Of a stretch of 64,000 bases of DNA, positions 1 through 12,844 are shown piece by piece. Position numbers and translations under genes: made by a program. The notes beneath the pieces are model-generated. The model ran no database searches and was not told the origin of the DNA. It saw only the letters and a list, made by a program, of their open reading frames with translations. Within the stretch, counting starts at the first letter, position 1, and each line of letters begins with the position of its first letter. Source of the stretch: Camelus ferus (taxonomy: Eukaryota); contig NC_045696.1 of the NCBI RefSeq assembly GCF_009834535.1, forward strand, positions 22,756,001-22,820,000, given 5' to 3'.

Positions 1-84
1 GGTCAGACAAAATTCCATCAGTCTCCCACTTCGCTTCCTTTGTTCTTTTTCAACTTAAAACTCCCACACATGACCCGTACTTAC

Positions 85-266
85 ATACTCAGTGTGTGCC
101 TTCTCTTCCAAAGTTCTGTAGTTCTTCTCCTTGTGAATCTGAGTCCACTTCCAGACAAAAGCCCCCTGAGCGCAGACTAGGCTGTGCTGCAGTGTCTTCA
201 CGGTCCAGGCCGCAATCAGGAGAGAGGCCAGACTGCAGAGATTAAGGTCGATCAAATGCGAGGAAC
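85..266 (-). other. Candidate spliced exon, product unknown (possibly non-coding)
   Basis: On the minus strand an AG acceptor (cccgttag|GTTCC) precedes 266 and a consensus donor TAT|gtaagt occupies 84-79. One frame is open throughout, but the peptide is not recognised. Confidence 0.3.
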
Positions 267-1083
267 CTAACGGGAGTGCCTAATAGCCAAGGCATAGACC
301 AGCCAACTGAGCCACAGTTCAGAAAGGAGACATGCACACAGAATTAAAAATCCAGGAGAATAGAAGGAGTGTCTTTAAAGGCAGAGGACTAAAAGAGAGA
401 TTATGACTGGAAAAAAAAAGGGTAAGTCCCTTTGTAAAGAACACTTGGGGCCTCTGGCATGGGCCTACAAGGAGCTGCTAAAAGCTCAGACTCTGAGCTG
501 TTACCCTACTGTGTTTCTTGCTCCAAAACTGACTATTCAACCCTGCTCCTCTCCAATTATTTCAGCTTTGTATTAGGAAAAAAACAAACAAAAAAAACTG
601 CTTAGGAATATCTGATTAAATTTTATGATAGATTCAACCTCCCCAAGGAGTAATTTGTAAGTTTAAAAGGGGTGCTTTTTTTTTTCCCAAACCCAAGCGA
701 ACCTCTAATCAGTAGAATGTGTTGGAGGAAGTAAAACCATGGCCTGAATGTTGGTAAATCACCAACCAGTTAACTTGTGGCTTCAATTTAGCTAGGTTTG
801 GATCGGAAATCTGTATCTTATTAGGCTAAGCCTTTTCTAATTTTGCGTTTTCTTTATTTTCCTTTACTTTCTTCTCAGTTCTTTATTTTCCATTCTTAGC
901 TTTTCTTTGTTAAGTATGGCGCAAGATGGGAAAGGGGTTTTTGTCCATTTCTGGGTCTGGCAGCAAGGAGACGACTATGTGTCCATGGAGGCTGAAGTCA
1001 AGACCAAAGAGCCAAGAGGGAGGTGTAAATCCTTGGAAGAGAGAAACCATTCCTACAGACATGCTATTTTGCCTGTGAGGATC

Positions 1084-1439
1084 TGTCTTATTCTATTCAG
1101 GCTTCTGTAACAGAATACCATAGCATGGGTGACTTATAAGTAACAGAAGTTTATTTCCCACAGACCTAGAGGCTGGAACATTCAAGATGAAGGGGTGGGC
1201 AGACTCTTTTTCTGGTGAGGGCCCACTTCTGGCTCATAGATGGCTGTCTGTGGTCTCACAGGGTGGAAAAGGGCAAGGGCTCTCTGGGGTCTTTTTTTAT
1301 AAGGACACAAATCTCCTTTATGAGAGCTCCACCCTCATGGCCTAACCCACCCAAAGGACTCCACCTCCAAATACCATCACACTGGGGGCTAATTTTCATT
1401 ATGTGAAATTTGGGAAGGGGACATAAACAGTCTATAGCA
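1084..1439 (-). mobile_element. MaLR solo LTR, MLT1A-like
   Basis: tgtcttattc...tatagca termini, with typical internal motifs (aagtttatttcccacag, ccacctccaaataccatcacactggggg). Confidence 0.85.
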
Positions 1440-1499
1440 ATCTCTCATATAGACCTTTCTCTTTTCTTCACAGAGTTTTTGTATATTTATTTCTAAACC

Positions 1500-1640
1500 G
1501 TAGCTCTCTGTAATACTATTTTAAGAACCTGGCTGCTGAGTCTTGCTAAAATAGCATCTCCAAGATTAGGGCTCAAAATCTGCATATTTATCAAGCTCTT
1601 CCGATGACACTTAAACTGCCAGGAAGCATGCTCAGTGTGA
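1500..1640. mobile_element. hAT-Charlie MITE remnant, MER5-like
   Basis: Degenerate MER5 core aaaatctgcatatttatcaagctcttccgatga. Confidence 0.5.
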
Positions 1641-2169
1641 TACAGTGAAGTAAAACTGTACTCTGAATGAATCTTGTTTTGTTTTTGCATTTCCATCAGA
1701 CTCTTTGAAAGTTGGAAAGGATTCAACGTGAAGAGTGTAAGACTTCAGTTCTTTCATAAGGGCTAGGAATTTCCCAAACAAAAAGATATCTCTCTAACCA
1801 CTTTATCACTGACTGAAAAATTTGACCACGGTTGATTTTTTTTCTTCTGTATTAATTTTTCCAATTTTCTTCCAAATGGTAAAGAAAAAGAAATACATTA
1901 AGTTCAAATAAAGCTTGTAACTCAGTTAACTAGATAGCTATCTGCCATCACACATCAGACATGAGAAACTTGAGATTTCAGGGCTTCCTCTATACTGAAT
2001 GCTCACCAAACATTTGTCTGCTGACTGATGAGAAAAAGGAACATTTTATAAAGAGGAGGAGACAAAATTGAGTTATATGATCACTAAAGTTTTAATTTTG
2101 TTCTGACCTTCCCAGAAATGTTACAGTGTGTGGCTCTTTAGTAGTTTCTTGACATATAATTTTACTTCC

Positions 2170-4490
2170 TATTTAAAAAAAAGTTTGAGATGTAATTTTT
2201 ACTCAGTGGAATATGCTAATCTTGAGTGGCGAGTGTATGAGAAATACACCTGTGATAGCCACTCCCCTATCAAGATAAAATGTTTCCGTCACCCCAGAAT
2301 TTTTTTCCCTTTCCCTTCTCAATCAATCAGTCCCTCAGAGGTAATTCTTTTCTGATTTCTGTCATGATGCATTAGTTTTGAAAGTTCTAGAAATTCATAT
2401 AAGTGGCATACTTTTTGAAATCATCCAGGTTCTTGAGTGTATCAACAGTTCATTCGTTATATTACTGAGTAGTATTCCATTGTATGAATGCACTGCTATT
2501 TGTTAATCCACTTTACTGTTGATGAACATCTGTGTTGTCTCTAGCTTTGAGCTGTTACGAATAAAGCTCCTATGTACATTCTTCTAGGAATCTTCTGTTT
2601 GACACATATTTTCATTTGCTTGAGTAAATACCAAGGAATGGAATTGCTAATTGAAAGGATAGGTATATGTTTAATGTCATAAGAAATGTCCAAATGGTTT
2701 TCCACCAGCAGAGTATGAGAATTTTGGTTGCTCCAAAAGTCAGTATTTCAGGTTGTCAGATATTTTAGCTGTAACCATTCTGGTTTGTGTGAAGTGCTAT
2801 CTCACTGTGGTTTGATTTTGTGTTTGCTTGCTGACTAATGATGCGCAGCACTTTTTCACATGCTTGTTTGCCTTTTGTGTATCTTCCTTAGGTTCTTTTG
2901 CGGGGTGTTGATTCATGTGTCATGCTCACTTAAATTTTTTTTTGGTTCTTTTATTGTTGTTATTAAATTGTAAGAGTTTTTTGTATATACTAGATTTAAT
3001 CCTTTGCCAGATACAAGTGTTCTGAATATTTTCCCAGGACTTTTCACTTTTTTAACAGATGTTTTATATGAGCAGCTGTTTTAATATTAATGGAACCCAA
3101 TTTATCTTTTTGTTCTTTTTGTTATTAATGCATTTTGTGTTCTACCTAAGAAACTTAAAAGGCTTGAGGAAATTCTCCAATAATTTCTTCTATAAGCTTT
3201 ATGATTTTGGTGTGTTCTTTTAGATCTATGATCCATCTCAAATTAATTCTTTTGTATGAAATAAGATAGTGGTGTAGCAGTCAATGTTCACTTTTTCCGT
3301 ATGAATGTCTGCTTGTTTTAGCATCATTTGGTGGGGAGATTTTTTTTTTAACATTTTTTATTGATTTATAATCATTCCACAATGTTGTGTCAAATTCCAG
3401 TGTTCAGCACAATTTCTCAGCCATTCATGGACACATACACACTCATCGTCACATCCTTCTCTCTGTGAGTCATCATAACATTTTGTGTATATTTCCCTGT
3501 GCTATACAGTGCAGTCTATTCTACAATTTTGAAATCCCAGTCTATCCCCCTCCACCCTCCACCCCCCCGGCAACCACAAGTCCGCATTCTCTGTCTGTGA
3601 GTCTATTTCTGTCCTTTATTTACGCTTTGTTTTTGTTTGTTTGTTTGTTTTTGTTTTTGTTTTTTAGATTCCACATATGAGCGATCTCATATGGTATTTT
3701 TCTTTCTCTTTCTGGCTTACTTCACTTAGAATGACATTCTCCAGGAGCATCCATGTTGCTGCAAATGGCATTATGTTGTCGGTTTTTATGGCTGAGTAGT
3801 ATTCCATTGTATAAATATACCACATCTTCTTTATCCAGTCACCTGTTGATGGACATTTAGGCTGTTTCCATGTTTCGGCTATTGTAAATAGTGCTGCTAT
3901 GAACAGTGGGGTGCAGGTGTCATCCTGAAGTAGGTTTCCTTCTGGATACAAGCCCAGGAGTGGGATTCCTGGGTCATATGGTAAGTCTATTCCTAGTCTT
4001 TTGAGGAATCTCCACACTGTTTTCCATAGTGGCTGCACCAAACTGCATTTGGTGGGGAGATTTTTATTCTCCATTAATTTGCACTTACTGTTTGTGTTGA
4101 AAGTCAATTAACTGAGTGTACATATTGAGTCTATTTCTCAACTATCTCTTTAGTTTCATTTGTTCATCCTTATACCAAGCTAAATTGTTTTCATTAATGT
4201 AGCTTATACTAAGTCTTGGAGTCAAGAAATGTAAATCTTCTAAATCTATCTTTGTTGAGATTATTTTAGACCATCTAGATACTTTCTATTTACATACGCA
4301 ATTTAGTATCATCTTGTGAAATTCTGCAAAAAAAAATTGCCAAAATTTTTAGTGAGATTATACTGAATCCAAAGGACACTTTGGGATATTTGTCACCTTA
4401 GCAATATTAATCCTTGTAACTTATTAATATATGTTTCCATTTATTTAAATACTCTTTAATGTATCTTCAGCGAAGTTTTTGCAGTTTTCT
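2170..4490 (-). mobile_element. Old L1M (3' UTR and ORF2), interrupted by a younger L1
   Basis: T-rich antisense L1 motifs (gagtagtattccattgtatg, ggaattgct, tctatgatccat); heavily decayed. Confidence 0.85.
3341..4049 (-). mobile_element. Young 5'-truncated L1 (ORF2 C-terminus, 3' UTR, polyA) with perfect TSD
   Basis: ORF 3664-4107 encodes an uninterrupted ORF2 C-terminus ([14 protein letters not shown]...FIAALFTIA..WKQPKCPS...WYIYTMEYYSAIK). Direct repeat CATTTGGTGGGGAGATTTTT at 3325-3344 and 4046-4065. Confidence 0.95.
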
Positions 4491-4499
4491 GTGTATAGG

Positions 4500-4938
4500 T
4501 GTCACAGGTCAGACTCGGAGACAGATCAGCTTGCAGGAATTGTGTTGCAGTGCTCTCCTGGAATAAACACCTACCTATGGTGAAAGCCATGAGTGTGGGG
4601 TTAGTTAGAATTTGGTCTAAATGCAGTCACAGCAAAGGCTTCAGCTGATCTGATGGGAATATCAAAATCTGGGATAGACTTCAAAAGTCTTGAACTGGAG
4701 CAAAATGATTGGACTTTCCATGGCCCCATTTCCATCAGTTATTGGTTTTGGGTCACAGTGGGAGGATGTATAGCTTTAGATGAGGTGGTTCTCTTTAGCT
4801 GAGAGCAATTTGCAGAGACAACTCTGCAGATGTGAATCTGAGAGCTGTCTGCCAACAACACTTCCAACAGCTAGGAGAATAATTCCTTCAGTCTTAAAGG
4901 GCTGAGGTGCTGGGTTGTACAGGACTGCTTCCAGTATA
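4500..4938 (-). mobile_element. ERVL LTR, LTR16-like
   Basis: Begins tgtcacaggt (reverse of the ...acctgtgaca end); contains aaggcttcagctga, agctgagagcaatt and ccttcagtcttaaaggg as in LTR16A. Confidence 0.75.
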
Positions 4939-6130
4939 TTTCATCCTTTGTGCCACTTGGGTCCAGTTGATTCATAAAATTCCTGGGAACAGATCCGTCA
5001 GGACACTGGTGGGCCTCATTTCCCAGAGGAAGCATGTAAAATAAAGTTTAGTGGGATAAACTATGGCCTCTATCCCTGAAGTGAGCCTTTTGGCCACAAC
5101 TGATACCCATTATCTCCATCCTCCACTAGCCATTCAAGATTCCTCTTACCTTTGGATAGCAACTGGAATCTTTTAGGAGGTTTACTTGGTAGCATAATAA
5201 GGAACCTTATATCTGATGATACTGAGAGCCTGGTCACCAAGCCATTCTTTGGGTGTGGCTGCTACACTCATTTGTTAATTGGTAAAATTGTGCAAAGGAG
5301 ACGACAGAAATGTTCAGGTATGTCATCCGAGTGCCAAACCTATTCCTTTGTTGTGTAACAGCAGCTCTGTCTCCTGTTGATAATCAGGGACTTACCCCTT
5401 CAGATCAGGGACTCTTCTGTGTTTCAACTTGTTTCTTGACATGAGTTGAGAGTGGCCAGAGAATATTTCAGAGAGTTAAATATATTCAGACTGTTGTTGG
5501 CACCACTGGAGGAGTTAACCATTTGGATAAACAAGATCTCCAAAGACCTTTGCAGAATTCGGTGTTACAAGGACCAGGAGCATGGATTAAGAAAAGTGAT
5601 GGTAAACAGGTAGATACTTTCATTTTCACATCTTGGTTTTTGGACCCATGACTTCTATAAATTGAAAGCACAGCACCATATATTGGTTATAAATTAAGCA
5701 GATATCTTGCATCCTTGAGGGTGGTACTCATTCTCACATAGTAACATATATGAGCTGGTGCCTCATTTGCAGCTTCAGTAAGGCATTCTATTGGAAGGTG
5801 GGTCTGGCAGCTTCTGGGAGGTGTTGTATGCATCAGGACCAGTGGATCCAATTGTTGTGTACCCACTGCCATACCTCTTGCTATAAAATGAGTCCCTTGG
5901 TTTCATGCAGTCTTTGTGATTATAGATAATACTCTGTAAATGCTTGGATGTTGGTGCTGGCTGAGGTCCTGTGAAGCAGAAAAGGCAAAGCTATACAGAA
6001 TATGTCAGTTCCAGTCCAGATGAATCATTCAGGGTGAAGGGGGTCTAATGTTGTCAAATTGACACTATATAACTGTTTGGTCTTCTCCTGAAATGGTGAC
6101 ATACTGGGAGCTGAGCGTTGTTCCGTGTTT
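4939..6130 (-). mobile_element. ERVL internal remnant attached to the LTR16 (ERV3-16A3-like)
   Basis: Contiguous with the LTR. A purine-rich PPT-like tract lies on the minus strand at about 4940-4950, and composition shifts relative to the flanking L1. No intact ORF. Confidence 0.6.
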
Positions 6131-6139
6131 CTGGCAGGT

Positions 6140-8150
6140 TGGATATTATCTGTTAATTGGAATGTCTAGTCTACTTGCATTTAATACAGTTATGATTATT
6201 ATTTGGTTTAAGTTTTCATCTTGTTATTTGTCTTCTGTGGTACCATTTGTTCTTTATTTCTTTTTTCCCTATTGTTTGTTATCAGGAGGTTCCTGCCTCA
6301 TTAAATACACTGCCTTCTGTTGGATTATTCAGATACATTTAGGAACCCACTTTACCTCCTACATTATGTAATTAAATACACCTTCATCATTTATTTTTAT
6401 TTTCAAAGTAAGTTACATTTTAAACTATCACTATCTGCCTCAAAGTAATATTCTATTACCTCATACAATCTAAGAATCTGATGACAATATTCTTTTCCTT
6501 ACCTCTTTTCTATTTTTGTGCTATTATTTCATATCATTTATTTCTAAATATGTTATAAACCTCAAAACATATTTTTATTAATATTTATTTTAAACAGTCA
6601 ACTGTGCTTTAAAAATTAGGAAAGTGTAACAGCATAAATGATGTTTAACCACATATTAATCATTTCTGCTCTTCATTCCATCAAATAAATTTGAGTTTCC
6701 ATATGGTATCTGTTCCTTCAGAAGAACTTTCTTTAACATCAATGGAATTTTAAGTCTATTGGTGATAATTTCACTCATATTTGTTTAACAAATTTTTTTT
6801 TATTTTTGAGGGTTTTTTTGTGCAATGTATTGAATTCTATATTTACATACTCCTAAAAAATACCAGCATTTAAAAATATTCCATTGGTTCCCATCTGGGG
6901 ACACTTTAATATAGTTTCCTATATTCAGTGATTTCTCTTGTTACATTTTTCTTGTATAAAATGTTTTTGACTTCACTGCCTTTATGACTTTTCAATTTAT
7001 CTTTGAGCTTTAGCCATTTGACAGTGATATGCCTAAGTATGCTTTTCTTTGTGTTTATCCAAATTGTGTTTTTTCTTATGTTTTTGAATATGTGGGCTAA
7101 TTTTTAAAAAATTTTATACATATTTACCTGTGCTTGATATTGACCTTTACATCACTGAGACTTGTTTTTGTTTTTTTTTTTGTTTGTCTGCTTGTTTTTT
7201 TACAGTATGTGCTTCAGTTTGCATGGTTTTTATGGCCTATTTTCAATTCACTGATAACTTTCTTCAACAGCACCCAATTTGTGATTTTTTAAAAAATTTC
7301 AGATGTATTGTTTAATTTTTAAAATATCTTTCTATAGTTGTCATTTTGCTAATAAGATTTTTCATATTTATTAAATCCATTTTGTCCTTTAAATCCTTTA
7401 ACGTATTTATCAAAGCTATATAAATGTCCTGTCTCATAATTCTACTATCTGTGTCATCTCTGTGTCTGTGTCTATTGACTGTTTGTTCTTTTTTTCTCTG
7501 TTTATTCACATGTCTAGTATTTTTATTTGTATTCTGAATTTTATGAGTGTTACATTGCTCAAATTCAAATTATGTAGTCTCTTTTAAAGAATATTGTTTT
7601 GTTCTGGAAAGTGATTAGTTTACTCACTGATAAACTTGATCTTGTCAAGGATCAGGCAAATCTAGAAAAGCCGTACTCTAAAATGTTGATCTTCCTGAAG
7701 TCTGAAATGGAAGTCATTGGTTTTTTAGTAATGATTATCTACTATGACTGGTTAGAACTCCAGTATTCTCAGCACTGAGAAAACTCTAAAATTTTTGTTT
7801 GGCTTCCATTTAGATCTCTTTCAGATTCCACAATGTCACACCCTGTGTAAATGCAACTTAGATTTGTAGAAGAATCAAGAGATACCTTGTGTAGATTTCT
7901 GGATTTTTTTTTTTCTCTGTGTATGTCTCCCCTCCCCAGTATTCTGTTTCATAAATTTCAGCTACCTCAATAGCCCCAAATCCTTCTGATCTCTGTTTCT
8001 CTGCCCAGCAGTACTGTTGCTCTGTATTTATCTCCAGTTCTCTATGGCTCAGTTTAGAAACTGAGCCTCCAGATGGGAGGCTGAGGTAGGTATGGATTCC
8101 ACCTGGCATGTGTTCCTTTTTTAAGGATCACAGCTCTGCACTATCTGTGA
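6140..8150 (-). mobile_element. Old L1M 5' region (ORF1 and 5' UTR)
   Basis: ORF 7312-7509 (IALINTLKDLKDKMD) resembles the L1 ORF1 N-terminal coiled coil; T-rich antisense composition. Confidence 0.7.
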
Positions 8151-8904
8151 ATGACAATACCATTTTATTTCTATTTATGGTAAGAGTAAGTCAACACCTG
8201 CTATTCTGTATTGACTATAATCACAATTTCTCTCCTTTCTCTGTAAAAACAAATAGTTACCTTTGCATTATTTTTAAAGCAGTTTCATACATTATCTCAT
8301 CTTATTCTCAAAGAGTTATCAAATGAATTAGCACTAGTGATGATAATCAGGAAAGAAGGGAATTTTTAAGTTCCATATTTCTGATAAGGATAATAAGCTT
8401 CAAGGAGAGTAAGTAATTTTAGCCTAAACTATATGGATTAATGTCCAGTTTTCTAATTTTTATTTTGGTACTCTGTCCATTGAGAAATGCTCTCTCAAGG
8501 GAAAACAAAACTCTTTGCTCTTTATGTTTTCTGGGTTTATTATTTTTGTATTTTGTTTAAGCATATGCTTTCCTTTTACAAGTTATAATTTATCAGAAAT
8601 ATAGAGATGTTTTATCATGTTTTCCCTTAGGCTTTTCCTTTTCTGGTTTTGCTTCTTTCACACATTCTGAGACACTCATAGCCATTTATGTCTATTTTTA
8701 TGGCTGACTGTATTAGAAAATTATATGAAAACATGAATGACCACTAGTTTTATTAGTGTAAAATTACAATTTTGATATGGATATTAAAAATACCAGCATA
8801 ATTTCAGATATCTGTAATGTAATTATTATGTCCAGAGAAAGAAATTTCATACCTATTCTGATTGTAAACTTACCACAGTTGTAATTTAGTATTTATACCA
8901 TATT

Positions 8905-9020
8905 TGACTTCAAGCCTCCTAAGGCAGGTAAAGGCTACCTGTCTTGTTTAACCACTGGTCCTCACTACAATATCTGGCTTATAATAGATGTTCATTAAAT
9001 ATTTATTGAAAGAATGAACC
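8905..9020 (+). mobile_element. L2 3' end
   Basis: Tail ...taatagatgttcattaaatatttattgaaagaatgaa. Confidence 0.7.
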
Positions 9021-9169
9021 ATACATGCTAATTAGTTTTTAATGGAAACTTTGCATTTCATTCTAAGGATTACAATTTAACAGGATTATGACAAATTGGA
9101 TGAAATAAAGGGAAGAATGGCCTGGGTGAGGAAGGATATACAACTAATGGTTGAAATTGGAGATATTAA

Positions 9170-9400
9170 ACTGAAAAGAGGTCCCTAAGAAGGAAAATAA
9201 TGACTGCTTTAAAATATTTGAGGTTATCTTCTGTAAGTTAGGTGGTAGATTTTCTCTGTGTGCTTCACAGAAAATCACTAGGCCTAATGGGTGGTGTTTT
9301 GGAGAGGTAAATTTTCAACTCAGTGTAAGTAAGAATTCTCCAGATAAATGTATACACTTGGAATCAAGACCTTACAAATATAGGGGGACCCATGCTTTTT
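9170..9400 (+). mobile_element. CR1/L3 3' fragment
   Basis: Decayed match to the CR1 ORF2 C-terminus (tgctttaaaatatttgagg = AFKYL; ttttcaactcagtgtaagtaagaattc = FQLSVSKNS, cf. FRLNIRKNF). Confidence 0.6.
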
Positions 9401-11689
9401 CTTGGTTCTAGAGACCGAATTTGTCAAGTTAGGGAACATAGAAGTAATTTCTGTATCATCTTGGAAAACAGATCAATTGAGCTTTCAATTTAACCCCTAA
9501 TTAAATTTATAAAAATATGATTCCATCACTCAACAAATGTTTATTGAGCTCCTAGTATGTACAAACCTCCAGGATGTAATTTACACTATAAAGAGGGTTT
9601 ATTTTCAAACTCACTTCACAAAGAATTCAAAAATTCTTTTCCCACCCCCTTATTTGGAATTGTGGCTTCCTTTGAGAGATACTTCTTCTAGAAGTGTTTG
9701 ATGCAAGTAAGAACATGCATGCGCGCGCACACACACACACACACAAAGCCACAAATAGCAGAAAAAAAGGGACAAAGAAGGCTCAAAAACAGCTGTTGAC
9801 CTGGCATGTTCTTTGCAGAGAATTAAAGTAATTATATTTTCAAAGGATTGTCACATTTCAGAAAATAAATTATTAGGGCAAAAGATAGTTGAAACAGAAC
9901 TCCTGGAAAGCATAAAACACTTAGGTAAGGAAGGATTGCTTCTCTTGGCTTATGCTGAGAACAATCCACAAATCATATTTTGGATCAGTTTTCAAAATAT
10001 AATCTTTCTAAAAGTTTTCTATCCCCTGGTATGCTTTGCAAACAATTTATGGGGGAATCAAATTGCCCCTTTAACTGCCAGTAACAAATATGCTGCATAA
10101 TTTAATACGAAATTACCTATATGTTTGAAAATAATGACACTAGGAAATATGAACTTTCCCAGCCTCGCCAGCTGATGAGTATACATGAGGTCATATACAT
10201 GCCTAAATTAATAAGAAAGCTAATTATCCTCATCTACTAATCATGCATGTATTTTGCTTCCTGCAAAGACTCTGGATTCATACATGCTGGTCTCCAAGGG
10301 TCCATCACATGTTCTAAGTAAGCACACATGTACAGAAATAACTGGACAATGCCAAAACTGCTCTGCATGGCATAGTTGTTCCTTGCTGCTGTGGCCACTG
10401 TCCAAGCCTGGGGGTCCTCAGATGTACAATGCTCTGCCTCTTCTCCTTGCCCCTGCTTTAGGCAGCACAGCTTATCCCCTGATGACTGCTCCAGTTCCAC
10501 CAGTCATAGAGCATATACTTGCCGCTCTCCGGGTGTGGTGGGAACGTTCGCTGCTATGTGCTAGCAGATCCAGAATCTCCCATCCGATGGCTGCCTCCCC
10601 TCTGCCAGCAAAGCAGACCCTGTCATTCTTCTTGATGTAGCAGGCACTGGCATGACTTATTTTCCACTTTAGAGTGTGGTCGTTGGTTTTGTTGCTCTGC
10701 TAGGAGGAGACATTCTCTTTTAGTGGTTTGGGGTCCCAAGGGATCCCCAAAACTGTGTGGCAATTATAGAGGAGATTATAGAAAAAAGCTCTCTCTCTTT
10801 TGTGAAGTTCAAACACAGTGTTTCTTGGGCACCGGTGTGTGACAGAGTTCAGCAAATCTAGCCTTTTAGTACGCTTTTAGGCTTCCCTTTCCGTAACATG
10901 TGAATTTGCATGCAAGGGCTGGGGCCAGCATCAGATTTTTACAAAAGCTGTCACACTGTACTCAGAATCTCTATTCCCTGCTGATAATGGAGGTCTTATA
11001 ACTAGCTCAAGTCGTAGTTCCAGGATCCATGATTCCCCAGGAATAGATTTTCCCTAGGAGTATTCTCACTCCCCATTAAATTGATGCTGTTTTGTTTTGT
11101 CCTGTTTGTAATCCCCCAAATGGTCAGTTACGTCTGAATGTCCAGGAGTAAACACAATATAGATGTACATGGTAAGGCAGGACACAGGACACAGTAACAT
11201 GCTTGGAAGAATCTCTGAAGTTTGGAAAACATTGCTAGAGTACTTGATTTTCCTGGTGCACATTTCAGAAATAATCTGTAAAGCATAAATAAAGCTCAAA
11301 GGAGCGATAGATTTCACATTGGAAAAGTGGAAAAGTCAAACAATCAGGACTCACTCTATAAAAGTAACCATACACTGACGTTACATTTTTTTCATCCTTC
11401 TAGACTATCTGCAGTGTTTCCTCATTACTTTCTAAAGCAAGTACTAATTGGGTGAAGAAACAGCTGTTTCCTATTCTCTGTGACTCTTGTAATACGCTCA
11501 CTGTTTGGGAAGATAATCTTGGACCCACTGACTCTCTATACCACGTGTGAATCATGGCGCTAGGTCGGAATCTGATCTTCCACCAAATGATTTTCCTACG
11601 TAAAATTCGGACACACTGAATCTTGATAACACCCTTTTTAAAATAAAACTTGTATTCATTATTGGGAGATTTTATGAGTGAAATTAAAG

Positions 11690-11872
11690 TTTGGATCCAT
11701 CCAGTCTCTCTCTCTCAGTCCTCTGGAACATAAATGACTGTGATGAGCAGAATCCTCATGCTAACTGGCAAGGCACGAACGAGGTGAGTAGAAACAAAAA
11801 CTTTTGTTATGAGAAGCCACTGAGATTGAGGTGTGCTTGTTAGTGCACAACCTAGCCTCTGCTGATTAGTAT
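11690..11872 (+). mobile_element. MaLR LTR 3' part (MLT1J/K-like)
   Basis: aaacttttgttatgagaagccactgagattgaggtgtgcttgttagtgcaca...tgattagta. Confidence 0.6.
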
Positions 11873-12145
11873 GCTCATTAATGTAAATTAAAAAGCTAGT
11901 TTCTTGGCGTATGATCCCATTTAAATTACAATCATTTATTGAAATTCTCTGTGCATAAGGAATAGCACTAGGTATTTATCTGGGATGCAGATATAAAAAT
12001 TAGCAAGACTCCTTGCTCTCTTTAAGAATTTATTCCCATGAGAGGTTCATCCTTAATAGTAGGTCACAGGTCATGTTATGCCGGGCAATTGGATTCTGTA
12101 TGATTGTGAAATCAGCATAAAAATTATCAAGAGGCAGAGTATTCT

Positions 12146-12148
<3 letters not shown>

Positions 12149-12194
<46 letters not shown>
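12149..12194. repeat. (GT)n microsatellite
   Basis: Directly visible perfect GT run. Confidence 0.97.
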
Positions 12195-12196
<2 letters not shown>

Positions 12197-12659
12197 GGGA
12201 AGGAGGTGGTTTTTTTCTAGAAATCAACTCCCAAAGTACAAAGTATAGGAAATACAAAACCAAATGGTCCAATATCCAAGGTGCTGAAACCAAAGCAACA
12301 AAGTAGGAAGTAGCAGAGGACACTACTAAGTGTTGGATATCTCCCTGGGCAACATGATGCCAGTAAAGAATCCCCAGGGCAAGGGGAAGGCTGAGGATAC
12401 ATAGATGAGACTCTCAGTTGCTTCAACTTGCAATATTGAGGTTCAGTGAAAATGTAAGTGTAAAAAGAGATCTGAGGTGGGGACCAGAGATCCAGAAAAA
12501 AGGACAGTTCTAGCATCTTCCATAGACAGGTGAGTGTTCCATAGGGAAGCTGCAGCCCAAACTCACAGAAGCAGTACTCCAGGCAAAGAGAGATCACAGG
12601 CCCATGTGGAGACTGGGCATCCAGTCAGATCCCTACAATATGTGACATTAATATGAAAA

Positions 12660-12842
12660 ATGGAGGTTCTGTCTTGGTACTACCACTTCTTTGTTATGCA
12701 TGTTACATAGCGTCTATGTGCTTTAATGCCTTAACATGTACAATAAGAAGAACTTAATTTCTCCTTCCTCATAATTGTATATGAGCAATAAGTGAATAAC
12801 CCTATACATTTTATGATAGTGTCTGGCAGATAATATATGCTT
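12660..12842 (+). mobile_element. MIR SINE (degenerate)
   Basis: cctcataattgtatatgagcaataagtgaataa...agtgtctggcagataatatatgct. Confidence 0.55.
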
Positions 12843-12844
12843 CA

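Noticed and set aside
907..1110. 67-aa ORF after a long pyrimidine tract
   Set aside because: No recognisable homology, weak donor, and it runs into an MLT1 LTR.
3664..4107. 147-aa ORF as a host gene
   Set aside because: It is the L1 ORF2 C-terminus read from a non-L1 upstream start.
10237..10699. Overlapping ORFs on both strands, including a 75-codon minus frame after an AG
   Set aside because: No recognisable protein; open frames of this length are expected in locally GC-richer DNA.
12200..12640. Possible ancient LTR, or the 126-aa ORF
   Set aside because: Purine-rich and ends in ...taca, but I cannot assign a family; the ORF is unrecognisable.
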